The position numbers were made by a program, and so were the translations under genes. A stretch of DNA of 64,000 bases from Octopus vulgaris (lineage: Eukaryota). This document shows, piece after piece, positions 62,901-64,000 of the stretch (the stretch's first letter is position 1; each line of letters starts with the position of its first letter). The notes under the pieces were generated by a model. It had not been told where the DNA came from. It ran no database searches and worked only from the letters and a program-made list of their open reading frames with translations. The stretch is taken from positions 9,052,001-9,116,000 of the forward strand of contig OX597838.1 of assembly GCA_951406725.2 (NCBI GenBank), written 5' to 3'.

Positions 62901-63256
62901 AACATCATCAACATCAGTAACAACAAAACTGGACTGTTTGGATTCACAGAGAATTAACATTGTGTTTATGAAGAGAAATATTTGAAAGAGAAACAAATGG
63001 AAATGACATATGGGTTTATTTGAGGAATTTGGCAGACTTGTTTCATATTTATCAAATGGACATTTTTTCTTATCTTTTCTTTCTTTCATTTGTTTCAGTC
63101 ATTTGACTGTAGCCATGCTGGAGCACTGCTTTTAGTAAGCCTAGTACTTATTCTATTGGTCTCTTTTGCCAAACCACTAAGTTACGTAAACGTAAACACA
63201 CCAACATTGGTTATCAAGTGAAGGTGGGGACAAGCACAAACACACAAATATATATG

Positions 63257-63293
<37 letters not shown>

Positions 63294-64000
63294 CATCATC
63301 ATCGTTTAACGTCTGTTTTCCATGCTAGCATAGGTTGGACGGTTCAACTGGGGTCTGGGAAGCCAGAAGGCTGCACCAGGCTCCAGTCTGACCTGGCAGT
63401 GTTTCTACAGCTGGATGCCCTTCCTAATGCCAACCTCTCCGTGAGTGTAGTGGGTGCTTTTTACATGCCACTGGCACAGGTGCCAGACGAGGCTGGCAAA
63501 CGGCCATGATCGGATGGTGCTTTTTACGTGCCATCAGCACAGGGTATATATATATAAAAAACGAAAAATGGAACAAGAACATAACAAGCGACAACAAAAC
63601 ATCCAGACAGTTAGACGATACAAAGAAGGACAGGAAAAAACAAGGACGGGTCATTTGGAGCTTTCTATCGTCAGTCGAGTTCCAGATCGTCCCTGCAGTT
63701 TTGGCGGTTACACTCAAGACTGCTCCAATCAGGCTGGCCCCAAGAAAATCTAAGCTAATACACATCATCATTGTTTAGCGTCCGCTTTCCATGCTAGCAT
63801 GGGTTGGACGGTTCAACTGGGGTCTGGGAAGCCAGAAGGCTGCACCAGGCCCAGTCTGATCTGGCAATGTTTCTATGGCTGGATGCCCTTCCTAACACCA
63901 ACCACTCTGTGAGTGTAGTGGGTGCTTTTTACGTGCCACCGGCACAGGGGCCAGGTGAGGCTGGCAATGGCCACGATCGGATGGTGCTTTTTACGTGCCA

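Noticed and set aside
62455-64000. Merlin exon 1
   Set aside because: No VRVxTMDAELEF-like frame found; the region is SINE/D repeats, so exon 1 lies outside the window.

Overview
AT-rich, microsatellite-dense animal genomic DNA. Its SINE/LINE repertoire strongly suggests an octopod cephalopod (inference). The right ~36 kb hold 13 coding exons of a minus-strand Merlin/NF2 gene (62454 down to 28009, about 563 codons). It has the merlin Blue-box YQMTPEM and the C-terminal ARVAFFEEL*, all junctions are GT-AG and in phase, and exon 1 lies beyond the right edge. The left ~27 kb are intergenic, with a few unexplained exon-like segments. The rest is a mosaic of three tRNA-type SINE families, RTE/CR1/Tx1 LINE fragments, a Gypsy pol remnant, hAT- and piggyBac-type MITEs, Helitrons and Penelope-like repeats carrying minimal hammerhead motifs. 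Best leads: (1) candidate merlin isoform switches (an alternative PDZ-ligand-type terminal exon VRTLSSF*, a stop-containing cassette exon, tandem in-frame GTAAGT donors); (2) unusual substitutions at normally invariant FERM residues; (3) U3-A8 variant hammerheads; (4) recurrent head-to-tail SINE multimers; (5) several long fold-back structures that could be ADAR substrates. Repeat boundaries are approximate; exon boundaries were read base by base.
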